Source: Heptranchias perlo
Taxonomy: Eukaryota
DNA length: 64,000 nt
NCBI RefSeq assembly: GCF_035084215.1
Contig: NC_090367.1
Coordinates: forward strand, 186,001-250,000
Direction: 5' to 3'
Shown here: positions 12,628 through 25,659 of the stretch, piece after piece
Layout: each line of letters begins with the position of its first letter
Numbering within the stretch: position 1 is the stretch's first letter
Program-made: the position numbers and the translations under genes
Notes under the pieces: model-generated
The model's input: only the letters and a program-made list of their open reading frames with translations
What the model was told of the DNA's origin: nothing
The model's database searches: none

Positions 12628-13310
12628 TGGGCTGCAGTAGTTAGCTCAGTGGATAGCATTTCCCGAGTCAGAAGGTTGTAGATTCAAGCCCCACTTCAGG
12701 GACTTGAGCGCATGATCCAGGCCGACACTCCCAGTGCAGTACTGAGGGAGCGCCGCGCTGTCGGAGGGTCAGCGCTGAGGGAGCGCCGCGCCGTCGGAGG
12801 CTCAGCGCTGAGGGAGCGCCGCGCCGTCGGAGGGTCAGCGCTGAGGGAGCGCCGCGCCGTCGGAGGCTCAGCGCTGAGGGAGCGCCGCGCCGTCGGAGGC
12901 TCAGCGCTGAGGGAGCGCCGCGCCGTCGGAGGCTCAGCGCTGAGGGAGCGCCGCGCCGTCGGAGGCTCAGCGCTGAGGGAGCGCCGCGCTGTCGGAGGTC
13001 CTGATTTCTGGATGTGATGTTAAATCGAAGCTCCGTCGGCCCCCTCAGATGCATGTTAAAGATCCTGGTGCACTATTTGAAGAAGAGAATGTGGTGTCCT
13101 GATCAACATTTATTCCTCAACCAACAGCATCAAAACAGATTGAACTGGTCGGTGATATAATTTCCAGATTGCGGGATCTTGCTGTGTGCAAATTGGCTGC
13201 ATTAATTGCTTACATAACATCAGGAACTACACTTCAATTCTGTGTTTGTGAAGTGTTTTGTGACATACTGAGGGTGTGAAAGGTGATTTATAATTGCAGG
13301 TTATTTATCT
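12628..13310 (+). mobile_element. Near-complete Deu-domain SINE with an internal 30-bp tandem expansion (12737-12998)
   Basis: tRNA-like head (TAGCTCAGTGG...GATTCAAGCCC), Deu body, tail; about 8 repeat units. Confidence 0.85.
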
Positions 13311-14199
13311 TTAGCGTCCAGGACACCAGCCTGATCTCAACCCGAAAGGAATGAAATGTAATCGTTTGATGTTTCTGTGTTTTTAATCCCAAGTGTTGGA
13401 AGATGAATCCAATCATGGAAGACAATATCCAACGTGACGGTAAATTATGGTAAGCTCTTTCGTAGCTTTGAGAGGCTCACAAGCGTTTGTAAGTCACGAG
13501 TGAGACAGTGCACTGCCAGCATAGGAATGCACGGCTTTCTCTTGTTAAAGCCTTCAGCTGAGGATAGAGCTGAGGACTGTGAGGTTGTACCTTCTGCTCA
13601 AGCTCCAGATCCCCATGTTTAGCTGACTGCTGGTGAATAATGTTGCCTTGTCCTCTCCTGACTCTTGCTGGGCTGGAGATCCACCAGTAGTGGTGCTCTG
13701 GTACCCCATGGCGTAGAAGGCATCACAGCCGCAATTCAACCTGTTCTCTTTATAAAAAAAACTCACCTTTTCGGCCAAGCTTTTGGTCGTCCTTCTAATC
13801 TCTCCCTCCGTGATCTGGGGCCTGTTTGTCTACCTGTTTCATTGTGTGGATCACATTACAGGTATCACCTGTAGGCCTGTTGAGATCCTTATTTTGAAGG
13901 CCGACCAAAGCCCTCACAAATGGTCTGTTTTTTTATATGTTAAAGGCATGTAGTGTTGCTCGAGGTGGTTGCTCCCAGGCCTCTGCTAATCCTTCTCGGT
14001 AACTGTCCATCTGCAAGTGTCCTCAGTGGCCTGTAGTAGTGACCCATGCGCTTGATTTTATTTTCTCTTCCCTTGCTATAGGGTTGCACACAGTCTCTGC
14101 TTGTTGCCTGTTCGTCATAGAAGAGAAGGCCTTTCAGCAAGGCACCAGGTCCAATCCTTGGTCTGGGCTGATCGAGCTAGGACATCAGTTTGAGGATCA

Positions 14200-15400
14200 T
14201 TAGGAACAGAAGTAGGCCATTCTGCCCCTCGAGCCTCTTCCGCCGTTCCATTAGATCGCAACGGATCTGTACCTCAACTCTACCTGCCTTTTCTCCATAT
14301 CCTTTGATACCCTTATCCAACAAAAATCTAACGATTCCGTCCTTCACAAATCCATGCTCTCGCTTTGATCAGCTCATACTTGTCCAAGTCACTCTGTCCC
14401 TGATGATAGATTCCAGTAATTTGTCTATAACCGATGTTAAACTGACAGGTCTGTAGTTACCTGGTTTTTCCCTCTGTCCCTTCTTAAATAATAGTGACAT
14501 TTGCAATTTTCCAATCCATGGGCACAATTCCTGAATCTGGAGATCTTTGGAAAATTATGACTAACACATTTACAATTTCTGCCCCTGTTTTATTATTGTG
14601 GTGGGAAACCATCATGTCCTGTAGATTGGTCTATCTTAAGTCCCATTATTTTCTCCCTTACCATTTTCTTATATTAAATTTCTTATATTAAGTTCCCTTG
14701 ATTTATTTTTAGATTCCATTGTACTTTGTACAATGGAGGTATTTTGACCTCTTCCTCCACTGTGAAAATGATAGATACAAAGTACTCATTTAACAAATCT
14801 GCCATTTCTTTATTGTCCGTTATAATCTTGCCTGCATTTGCCTTTAATGGGCTCACATTGCCTTTTACCACTTTCTGTTAATATATTTATGAAAATTTCT
14901 GCTGCTAGTTTTGATATTCCTTGCAAGTTTTTTTCATACACCCTTTTTGCACCTCATTATTTTCTTTGTTTTCCTTTGCTGTTTTTACCAGCTCTCCCAG
15001 TCTGTTGGATTTCCACTTTTCCTTGCATTTGTGTAAGCTTTTCCTTTTAGCGTGATACCGTCTCTCACCTCGTTTGTTGACCACGGTTGCTTACACAAGT
15101 GGAGCCTTTGCCTTTTAGGGGTACGCACTGGTTTTGTATCGTACCAAACTTCTCTGAATAACTCCCACTGTCTGTAGGTTTACGCATTAACACTCAGCCC
15201 AGCGGTCAATTTATTTCTCATCCCCTCAAAGTTTGCTGTAAAAACCTTGGGTTGTGACTCACTCTTCTCCCTCTCAAACCTAATTATCAAATTCAATCAT
15301 ATTATGGTCACTATTGCTAAAATGTTCCCTTATCGTCAGATTGTTAAGAAATTCGGGTTTGTTACTCATCACTAAATCTAGTGTGGCTTGTTCCCTTGTC
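14200..15400 (-). mobile_element. Decayed CR1 LINE ORF2 fragments
   Basis: Minus-strand ITDNKEMADLLNEYFVSIF and a remnant of the NYRPVSLTSV motif; many stops. Confidence 0.8.
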
Positions 15401-18177
15401 GGTTATAAAACATATTGGCCCAGAAATTCCTGGAGATTTGCGCCATTGTGATGGTGCATCTACGTTGCAGGGCCTGATTTCCAGTGCAAAGATCCTAGGA
15501 AATTATCCCATAAGTGCCGGGAAGGAAAGAAAGTTGTGGGGGGGGGGGGGGGGGGGGTGGTTGCTGGCAGTATTGATTAAGGAGAATATTGCAGTGCTGG
15601 AGAGAGAGGATGTCCTGGAGGGGTCAAGGACAGAATCTATTTAGTTAGAGTTAAGAAACAATCGAGGTGCCATTACACTACTGGGTGTATTCGATAGGCC
15701 ACCAACTAATGGGAAGGATAAAGAGGAGCAAATTGCAGGGAAATTACAGAGATGTGCACGAACTATAGAGTAGTGATAATGGGGGACTTCAACTATCCTA
15801 ATATAGACTGGGATAGTAACAGTGTAAGGGGCAAAGAGGGGGAGGAATTTATGAAGTGTCTTCAGGAAAACTTTCTTGACCAGTACATTTCCTGCCCAAC
15901 GAGGAAGGAAGCATTGCTGATTTTGGGAAATGAGGTGGGCCAAGTGGAGCAAGTGTCAGTGGGGGAATATTTAGGGAACAGCGATCATAGTATCATAAGG
16001 TTTAGAATAGTTATGGAAAAGGACAACAACCACCCTAAAGCAAAAATACTCAATGGGATGAGAATGGATCTGGCAAAACTGAAATTGAACAACGGGCGGC
16101 CTTTAAAGAGGAGATGGTTCAGGTACAGTCTCGGTACATTCCCACGAGGGAGAAAGGCAGGGCAACTAAAGCCAGAGCTCCCTGGATGACAAAAGAGATA
16201 GTAAAATGAAACAGAAGAAAAGGGGCGTACGACAGATGTCAGGTTGATAATACAAGTGAGAACCAGGCTGAATATAGAAAGTTCAGAGGGGAAGTGAAAA
16301 AGGAAATAAGAGGGGCAAAGAGAGAGTATGAGAATCGATTGGCGGCCAACATAAAAGGGAAGCCAAGTCTTCCATAGGCTGTAAACAGTAAACAAGTAGT
16401 AAGAGGAGGAGATCTATGCATGGAGGCAGAGGGCATGGCTGAGGTACTAAATGAGTACTTTGCATCTGTCTTTACCAAGGAAGAAGATGTTGCCAAAGTC
16501 ACAGTAAGTGAAGATATAGTTGAGATACAGGATGGGCTAAAAATTGATAAAGAGGAGGTACTAGAAAGGCTGGCTATACTTAAAGTAGACAAGTTATCTG
16601 GTCCGGATGGGACGCATCCTAGATTGCTGAGGGAAGTAAGGGTGGAAATTGCGGAGGTACTGGCCATAATCTTCCAAACATCCGTAGGGGACTGGAGAAT
16701 TGCAAATGTTACAGCCTTGTTCAAAAAAGGGTGTAAGGATAAACCCAGCAACTACAGGCCAGTCAGTTTAACCTCAGTGGTGGGAAAACAATAACCTGGG
16801 ACAAAATTAGCAGTCACTTGGACAAGTGTGGATTAATTAAGGAAAGCCAGCACGGATTTGTTAAAGGCAAATTGTGTTTAACCACTTGATTGAGTTTTTT
16901 GATGAGGTAACAGAGAGGGTAGATGAGGGCATTGCGGTGGATGTGGTGTATATGGACTTCCAAAAGGCGTTTGATAAAGTGCCGCATAATAGGCTTGTCA
17001 GCAAAATTGAAGCCCATGGAATAAAAGGGGCAGTAGCAGCATGGATACAGAATTGGCTAAGTCACAGGAAGCAGACAGCAGTGGTGAACGATTGTTTTTC
17101 GGACTGGAGGGAGGTGAACAGTGGTGTTCCCCAGGGGTCGGTGCCGGGATCACTGCTTTTCTTGATATATATTAATGACTTGGATTTGGGAGTACAGGAC
17201 ACAATTTCAAAATTTGCAGATGACACAAAACTTGGAAGGGTAGTAAACAGTGAGGAGGATAGTGATAGACTTCAACAGGATATAGACAGGCTGGTGGAAC
17301 GGACAGACACGTGGCAGATGAAATTCAACGCAGAAAATTGTGAAGTGATACATTTCGGTAGGAAGAACGAGGAGAGGCAATATAAACTAAAAGGTACAAT
17401 TCTAAAGGGGGTGCAGAAACAGAGAGATCTGGGGGTATATGCGCACAAATTGCTTAAGGTGGCAGGGCAGGTTGAGAAAGCGGTTAAGAAAGCAAACGGG
17501 ATCCTGGGCTTTATAAATAGAGGCATAGAGTACAAAAGCAGGTTATAATGAACCTTTATAAAACACTGGTTCAGCCACAACTGGAGTATTGTGTCCAGTT
17601 CTGGGCACCGCACTTTAGGAAAGATGTGAAGGTCTTAGAGAGGGTGCAGAAGAGATTTACTAGAATGATTCCAGGGATGAGGGACTTTAGTTACGTGGAT
17701 AGACTGGAGAAGCTGGGGTTGTTCTCTTTCGAGCAGAGAAGGTTGCGAGGAGATTTGATCGAGGTATTCAAAATCATGAAGGGTCTAGACAGAGTAGATA
17801 GAGAGAAACTGTTCCCATTGGCAGAAGGGTCGAGAACCAGAGGACATAGATTTAAGGTGATTGGCAAAAGAACCAAAGGCGACATGAAGAAAAAAATTTC
17901 ACACAGCGAATGTTTAGGATCTGGAATGCACTGCCTGAGGGGGTGGTGGAGGCAGATTCAATCATGGCCTTCAAAAGGGAATTGGATAAGTACTTGAGGA
18001 TAGTGATACATTTCGGTAGGAAGAACGAGGAGAGGCAATATAAACTAAAAGGTACAATTCTAAAGGGGGTGCAGAAACAGAGAGATCTGGGGGTATATGT
18101 GCACAAATTGCTTAAGGTGGCAGGGCAGGTTGAGAAAGCGGTTAAGAAAGCAAACGGGATCCTGGGCTTTATAAATC
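15400..18177 (+). mobile_element. CR1 LINE ORF2 (endonuclease + RT), frameshifted, 3' end replaced by an internal duplication
   Basis: [61 protein letters not shown] spread over several frames. Confidence 0.95.
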
Positions 18178-18939
18178 AGCCATTACTTACGTTGTTCCGC
18201 CATTTCCCTCACCGGAAGAATTAACAGCTAATTATTATAACCCTGCCTCCCTATTAAAATCACTGTCGAGGTCGTTGAACTAATGCCACTGATCGCCACA
18301 GACACTTGCACCATTGCAGAGTGTTTGTGTAATCGCACACTGAGTTATTAGGATAGATTTTTTTTCTCCACTATTCAGAAGGTGCTGACTCTTACTGGTC
18401 TAGTATCATGGGTGCCAACAGCCCCCCAGTGCCCCACCCAAATGAGCATCCTTCACATGTGAGGCGTTGAGTGCTAGCAGGCTACTGACCATGGAGGAGA
18501 TCAGAACTGATGCTGTCCTCACACTTACAGCCGCTCATCAGATCCTCCAGAAACGTCTCAAAGCACTTCACACACAGTGAACCACCTTCGACCGCCACGA
18601 CGGTTGCTATGGAGGCGAGTGGGCCAGCCATTTGTGCACAGCAAGATCCCACAAACAGCAACGAGATGAACGATCAGTTCATCTGTTTTTGTTGTTGATA
18701 CTGGTGTCCAGCAGGCGTCACTAGTTAGCATTCAGAAACAGGAACCTTTAATGTCGCACCTCACTGAAGCCAACTGTAGTCCATCCAGTTATTGCTCAGG
18801 CAGAGATCAGTTAACCAGGGGACCTCAGTGTTACAATGGCTGGTGCCTTTACCCACTTTAGGCCACGGTGAGGGGGGGGCAGGGGGAGCCATTGACTCAA
18901 CTTGTGGAGGTGTTTATTATGTCACTATTGACAAATGGA

Positions 18940-20680
18940 ACTCATGGATTTGTATCCAGGGGTGTGGAATACAACAATAGGGAGGTAACACTGATTGTGT
19001 ACAAGACTGTTGTTAGCCCACAGTTGGGAGTATTATGTACAGATATGACTACTTTTTGGCAACCAAAGGTATTAAGGGATAGGGGCCAAAGGCAGGTATA
19101 TGGAGTTAGATCACAGATCAGCCATGATCTTATCAAATGGCGGAGCAGGCACGAGGGGCTGAATGGCCTACTCCTGTTCCTATGTTCCTACCCAAGTACA
19201 GGAAGGTGTAAAATCAATGGGAAAGCTGTAGTGTAGGTTCACTGGGAGTTTCCAGGGACGAGGGGGTTACAGAGTCTGGAGAAGTTGGGGCTTTTTTTCA
19301 CTGGGGCTGAGAAGGTTGAGGGGTGACCTGAACGAGGTCTTCAAGATTCAGAAGGGTTTTGATGAGGTAAATAGGGAGAGATTATTTCTACTGGTCAGAG
19401 AGACAGTAACGAGGGGGACACAGGTTTAAGATAAGCACAAAAAGAATTAAATTGAAGGGTAGAAAAAAGAATTCTTTAGAGTGTTGGTTAGAATGTGGAA
19501 TTCTCTGTCACAAAACGTAATTGAAGCAGTCTATAAATTCTTTTAAAGAGGATCTAGAAAGCAACATGAAAAAGAGGAATATTAAAGGGTGTGTGGTGGG
19601 AGCAGGAGTGTCTGGATATGCCTACTGAGGTCATAAACAGGAGGACAATGGGTTTGTGACTCCATAAACAGAGCAGAAATCAAACTGAACAGCTCACATA
19701 CTCCATCTTCACAATGAAGATCCTCAGGCCCTTTCTCACCACCTTCCTCGTGTTTTTCCTTTTTGTGGGTGAGTAAAAATGTTCTTGTCATTGCTTTTAT
19801 TCGTTTGACCTTCTAATGGGTTGATGCACCAGGTGGTGTACTGAGCCACAGGGCTGAGCAGACCCGAGGCTCGATCCGCCCGATCAGATCCACACAGGCT
19901 TTCCAGCAGGGGTCGCTAGATAGCAGCTTGGGGGCTAAAGTACCTCTAATCCCCCAGCCCCCTAATCCCACCACTTGAAGACTGCACTTGGTCTTGACCT
20001 CCCGCATGCAACCTCACAGTTGAGGCCATTTCACCAGGACATAATTGAAAAGGCTAATGGAATGTTATCTCAAAGGGGTTGGAATACAAAGAGGTGCAAG
20101 TTATACTACAGTTATATAAAGGTTTGGTTAGACTCCATTTAGAGTATTGCGTTCAGTTCTGGGCGCCGCACCTCAGGAAGGATATATTGGCCTTGGAGGG
20201 GGTGCAGATTCACCAGAATGGCACCGGAGCTAAAAGGGTTAAATTACGAGGACAGGTTGCAGAGACCGGGCTTGTATTCCCTCGAGTTTAGAAGATTAAG
20301 GGGTGATCTGATCGAGGGGTTTATGATGATTAAAAGATTTGATAGGGTAGATAGAGAGAAACTATTTCCTCTGGTGGGGGAGTCCAGAACAAGAGGGGCA
20401 GAACCTTAAAATTAGAGCCAGGCCGTTCAGGGGTGATGTCAGGAAGCACTTCCTCACACAAAGGGGAGTGGAAATCTGGAACTCTCTCCCCCAAAAAGCT
20501 GTTGAGGCTGGGGGTCAATTGAAAATGTCAAAACTGAGATCGATGGATTTTTGTTAAGCAAGGAAATTGAGGGATAAGGAACCAAGGTGGGTAGATGGAG
20601 TTAGGATACAGATCGGCCATGATTTAATTGAATGGCAGAACAGGCTCAAGGGGCTGAATGGCCTCCTCCTGCTCCTATGT
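18940..20680 (+). mobile_element. Patchwork of old CR1 3' fragments
   Basis: [35 protein letters not shown] and CR1 tails GGCTGAATGGCCTCCTCCTG. Confidence 0.8.
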
Positions 20681-21321
20681 TCCTGGGACAGACTGGGGGA
20701 GTCAAACCTGGAACTTTCTCAGGTTCCAACCCAGATTATCTGGTCATTTAGCTCATTGCTGTTCGTGGGATCTTGCTGTGTGCAAATTGGCTGTTGCGTT
20801 TCCTACATTACAACAGTGGCTACACTTCAAAAGTACTTCATTGGCTGTAAAGCGCTTTGGGACGTCTGAGGTGGTGAAAGGCGCGATATAAATGCAAGTC
20901 TTTCTTCTTCAGAGAACTTTCACAAAAACTTCTATATATTTTTGTGTGGCTGTTGCAATCAATGCGAACATGTTTTGGGGGGGACTGGGGGGTGGTGCAG
21001 AGCATTAGACAACAGGCTGAATCCTTCATCCAAATCCATCCGAGGTAGATGGGATGATAGACTTCTGTATCTGCTGGCAATAAGGGTCCTGCGTGAGATG
21101 AGCTTGGCCAGTCCTGATCCGTTGCCTAGTGGACAGGAACCCACTGCAGGAAGCTGCCACTGACCTGGGAGACTCAGAGGCCACCGGATGGCTGGTCTCG
21201 GAATGGAAACTGCCATATTGGAGCAGCCAGGAGCGGGAGGAGGGGTGAGGGCAAGTCTTCTGAGGCTGGGGGCTGAAACATGTCAGTTCAGTATAGCGAG
21301 ACCGTTACTGTGCAACTAACA

Positions 21322-22523
21322 CTGTACCTGCCCCGGGAGTGTTTGATGGGATGGTGTAGAGGGAGCTTTACTCTGTATCTAACCCTGTACCTGCCCTGGG
21401 AGTGATTGATGGGACAGTGTAGAGGGAGCTTTACTCTGTATCTAACCCTGTACCTGCCCTGGGAGTGATTGATGGGACAGTGTAGAGGGAGCTTTACTCT
21501 GTATCTAACCCTGTACCTGCCCTGGGAGTGTTTGATGGGACAGTGTAGAGGGAGCTTTACTCTGTATCTAACCCTGTACCTGCTCTGGGAGTGTTTGATG
21601 GGACAGTGTAGAGGGAGCTTTACTCTGTATCTAACCCTGTACCTGCCCTGGGAGTGTTTGATGGGACAGTGTAGAGGGAGCTTTACTCTGTATCTAACCC
21701 TGTACCTGCCCTGGGAGTGTTTGATGGGACAGTGTAGAGGGAGCTTTACTCTGTATCTAACCCTGTACCTGCCCTGGGAGTGTTTGATGGGACAGTGTAG
21801 AGGGAGCTTTACTCTGTATCTAACCCGTGCTGTACCTGCCCTGGGAGTGTTTGATGGGACAGTGTAGAGGGAGCTTTACTCTGTATCTAACCCTGTACCT
21901 GACCCTGGGAGTGTTTGATGGGACAGTGTAGAGGGAGCTTTACTCTGTATCTAACCCGTGCTGTACCTGCCCTGGGAGTGTTTGATGGGACAGTGTCGAG
22001 GGAGCTTTACTCTGTATCTAACCCTGTACCTGACCCTGGGAGTGTTTGATGGGACAGTGTAGAGGGAGCTTTACTCTGTATCTAACCCGTGCTGTACCTG
22101 CCCTGGGAGTGTTTGATGGGACAGTGTAGAGGGAGCTTTACTCTGTATCTAACCCTGTACCTGCCCTGGGAGTGTTTGATGGGACAGTGTAGAGGGAGCT
22201 TTACTCTGTATCTAACCCTGTGCTGTACCTGCCCTGGGAGTGTTTGATGGGACAGTGTAGAGGGAGCTTTACTCTGTATCTAACCCTGTGCTGTACCTGC
22301 CCTGGGAGTGTTTGATGGGACAGTGTAGAGGGCGCTTTACTCTGTATCTAACCCGTGCTGTACCTGCCCTGGGAGTGTTTGATGAGACAGTGTAGAGGGA
22401 GCTTTAATCTGTATCTAACCCGTGCTGTACCTGCCTTGGGAGTGTTTGATGGGACAGTGTAGAGGGAGCTTTACTCTGTATCTAACCCGTGCTGTTCCTG
22501 CTCTGGGAGTGTTTGATGGGACA
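21322..22523 (-). repeat. Second array of the same minisatellite as 7413-8317
   Basis: Reverse complement of that unit. Confidence 0.95.
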
Positions 22524-22849
22524 TTGTAACCCAATGACCATTATTCGTGAGGTTTGTCATTGTGCATCGACAGGGTATTTGGCTGTGGGGAGCATCTTGG
22601 TTGAGTATGAACCTACCCTCAGCTGGTGTACATATAATATAATATAATGAGGGCCAATGCTGCTGTTGACAGTTTGCTGCTTTTACACGCACGATGCTCG
22701 CAGGGTAAGTTAGATTGGGAATTATAGGACGCAGCTGATACAGGCGGAGATAAGGAGTTTGTGACTCTCGAAGAGTGTGGAGAGTTTCAGTCACAATTTC
22801 TGCAGCTGGGATTGACTTTTTGAATTGATATTTTGACATTTTACCTACG

Positions 22850-24020
22850 CAGACCTGAACTTGCTGCTCACTGCTTCTGAGAGTGTGAGACCCATCGGAC
22901 GATTTTGACCTCCCAACTTTAGCGAGGGCTTCAGTGTAGCAGGTCTGGCTATTCCCTATGGGCATACCCTTGCATACCATTATCATGAAGGAGGAGCAGC
23001 ACAGGGTGGAGCAAAGAGTGAGGCAACATTTATGGAGGATGAATCCAACCAGATATTACTTCCCCCCCCCCCCTATAGAATATACAGGCAACATAGCTCA
23101 TATAAGGTGTATGTAAGAAGAGTTCATCAAAGAGGCAATAAGAGAGCTGAGCCACCTACTGCACGAGGACCTGCAGCCACGGTCCGCTCCCTGCACCGCT
23201 CTCTGTGGCTATGAAAGTGACGGCCACACTCAACTTTTATGCAACAGGATCATCTCAGGCAGCCACAGGGGATCTTTGAACATCGGCCAAGGTGCAGTCG
23301 AAGTATGTATCTGTCAGGTGATTGGCGCACCAGGGAATTCATCCCCTTTGGTATCACAGCAAGGAGGCAGTGAGATGGAGCTCCATGGTTTTACTGGATT
23401 GCTGGCCTTCCCAAGGTCTGGGGTGCAATAGATGGAACCCGCCTTGCTTTGCAAGCACCTATGGTCAACCCTCTCAACTGGAAAGTCTTCCACTCCTTGA
23501 ATGTAAAAGTTGTGTGTGGCAGCATGCAAAGGATCCTGCCGGTCAACACGAGATATGCTGGAAGTTGTCACAATGCATTCAGACTTTGGCAATCAGCCCT
23601 CCTTGCCTGACCTTTTCAGGGAAGGAAACAGTGACAAGCCATGGATAATGACCCCATTAAGACTGGCCTAGGCCTAAATAGCAGCTTAGGAACGCTACAG
23701 GGGCACATGTCTCAACAAGAGTGATCATCAAGAGGACCCGTTAAAGAGGCACGTTCGCTGACCAGAGAGGTTGGGACAGTCTCTGCAGTGTGCTCCAGCT
23801 CGTGTGTCATGCACAGTGTTCTAGCTTGCTGTACGCTGCACAACTTCGCCATGCAAAAAGGCCTGAACTTTGACATTAATGGGGGAGTGGGGGGGGCCCT
23901 AACTGCTTTGGAGGCAGAAGTACATGGAGGGGAGCGTCAGGATGACTGTCACTCAGGCAGCTCCTTTGTGATTGCTGCAATGGGCATCAAAGCACAATGA
24001 TCACGGACATCTTCTGTTTA
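22850..24020 (+). mobile_element. Decayed PIF/Harbinger transposase (HARBI1-like DDE)
   Basis: MKVTATLNFYATGSSQAATGDL at 23211, FHSLNVKVVC, RYAGSCHNAF, VLACCTLHNFAM; stops and frameshifts; ends not defined. Confidence 0.8.
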
Positions 24021-25133
24021 ACACACTCGACCTCTGTCGCCACTGCATCAACTGTTTCTTCACCACCTTCAAGTAAAGGACTTAACTTTTAATCCAGTTC
24101 CTTCCCTAGAACATGACAACACATCAGCCCTCTTTGCCCCTGCACATGCCAAAAATCGTCACCCGATTGAATAAGTCAGCACCAAATATATCCACCCTTT
24201 CCTGGATGACTCCAGCCTCCACGAATAACAGCACAAATAATTTCAATACAAGAAACACAACCCAGTTCAGTCCGGGACTCAGTGGGCGCACCACGGGAAA
24301 GGCCAAAAAGGGTGAGAGAATTCAAAAGGATGGACTTTGGATTGGAAAGCTGGCGTGAACAGCTTCCGTCCCATTTACTTGCCCCGGCTATATTACACCG
24401 AAAATGGTGTGGAATTTCTAGCCCGACATCTTTACATACAATTAAATAGTAATGTGAATCACAACGATCAGGAAATATTAACAGTACACTGGAGCCAATT
24501 CTTCACAGCCCCTGTTCCTGGCGCAGAGCCTCACTTGATGGGTGTGTGGGTCACATAACACTATAGGACCGATTGTGCAACAGGAGTGGAATTTGCAGAA
24601 TCAGCCCCAATCTGTAAATGTACTCACAGTGGGAAAGTCTCTAATGGGTTACACTGCCCTTCATAGGAATTACCTGTTCATTCGGTGAATAATGTTCCAG
24701 TTGGACAGAGACCTACTTCAAAGTGATTCCTGCTCGGGGCTCTTGCCACAAATGATATTGTGTTCTGCCGCCAGCAATGGATGCTGCGTGCCACTGTTTT
24801 TGTTTTTGTCTGCGGCTGGTCTTGAGCTTTCAGGCCGCCCTTGTAGGGTGGCAAATTGGTTTTGATATCGCTGTAAAACCCTTCCTGCAACATCAGGGGA
24901 GGACCGGATCCAGAACCCGAAAGCCACAGTCCCACTTGCTTCAGTGTTGCACCCAGTCCCCTCTGCAATGTGAACGGGCCGAACTCAAAAGAAGGAGCAG
25001 AGCTGATGAACTGTGCAGCTGCTTCTGGTGGTTAAACGAGCCATTAAAGTCTCCTGCTCACTAAACAGCTGTCTAGAAGCGGCCTGTGTAATCCTGTGCC
25101 CTTTGTAATGATCTGTGTGTTTTTCTCTTTCAG

Positions 25134-25174
25134 AATTCTCGAGGGCTGCCAGTATTCACAACTTTTCTTGGCCG
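25134..25174 (+). CDS. Kazal inhibitor gene A, exon 2: xFSRAASIHNFSWP
   Basis: TTTCAG acceptor, GTGAGC donor, 41 nt, phase 1-0 as in SPINK exon 2. Confidence 0.75.
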
Positions 25175-25268
25175 GTGAGCAGCTGAATTTAGTATTCCAC
25201 TTGACCGTTAAGAGAGAGCTGGGGGCTTAAAGTGAAGATGTGTTTACATGTTTATTTGATCTCTTTAG

Positions 25269-25372
25269 GCTGACTGCGACTACACCACAATCTGTGTGAG
25301 GGAGCTGCGCCCAGTCTGCGGCACAGACGGTCAGACTTACATGAATCGGTGTGACCTGTGCAAGGAAATAAT
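25269..25372 (+). CDS. Kazal inhibitor gene A, exon 3: ADCDYTTICVRELRPVCGTDGQTYMNRCDLCKEIM (P1 = Arg)
   Basis: Canonical Kazal motif C-x-R-E-x-x-PVCGTDG-x-TY-x-N-x-C-x-LC; AG/GTGAG boundaries; phase 0-2. Confidence 0.93.
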
Positions 25373-25659
25373 GTGAGCCTCCTTATTTCCACCTCGGTGA
25401 CGACCGATATTCTGATTAATAAGGAAGCCAAGTTGTGCGAAGGAAGTTAAGACAGCCGAGAAAAATCTCTTCACAATTAAGTTTTCTCCTGTTTAAGGCA
25501 GCGCTTCTGATCCCGATCCTGCCTTCAGCTGACCTCCACATGCACTTTTCAACAAGTCACTCAATCATCCCAACCAGGCTGGCTGTCAGACCTTGCCAGC
25601 GGACTTTCCTCTCTGCCGACTCCCCTTGTTACTCCTCCATTCATGTTTTTTGTATGCAG

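Noticed and set aside
12635-12700. tRNA gene
   Set aside because: A/B-box-like head of a SINE; no complete cloverleaf
13394-13439. Exon-like segment with AG/GT boundaries
   Set aside because: No recognisable protein and no partner exons
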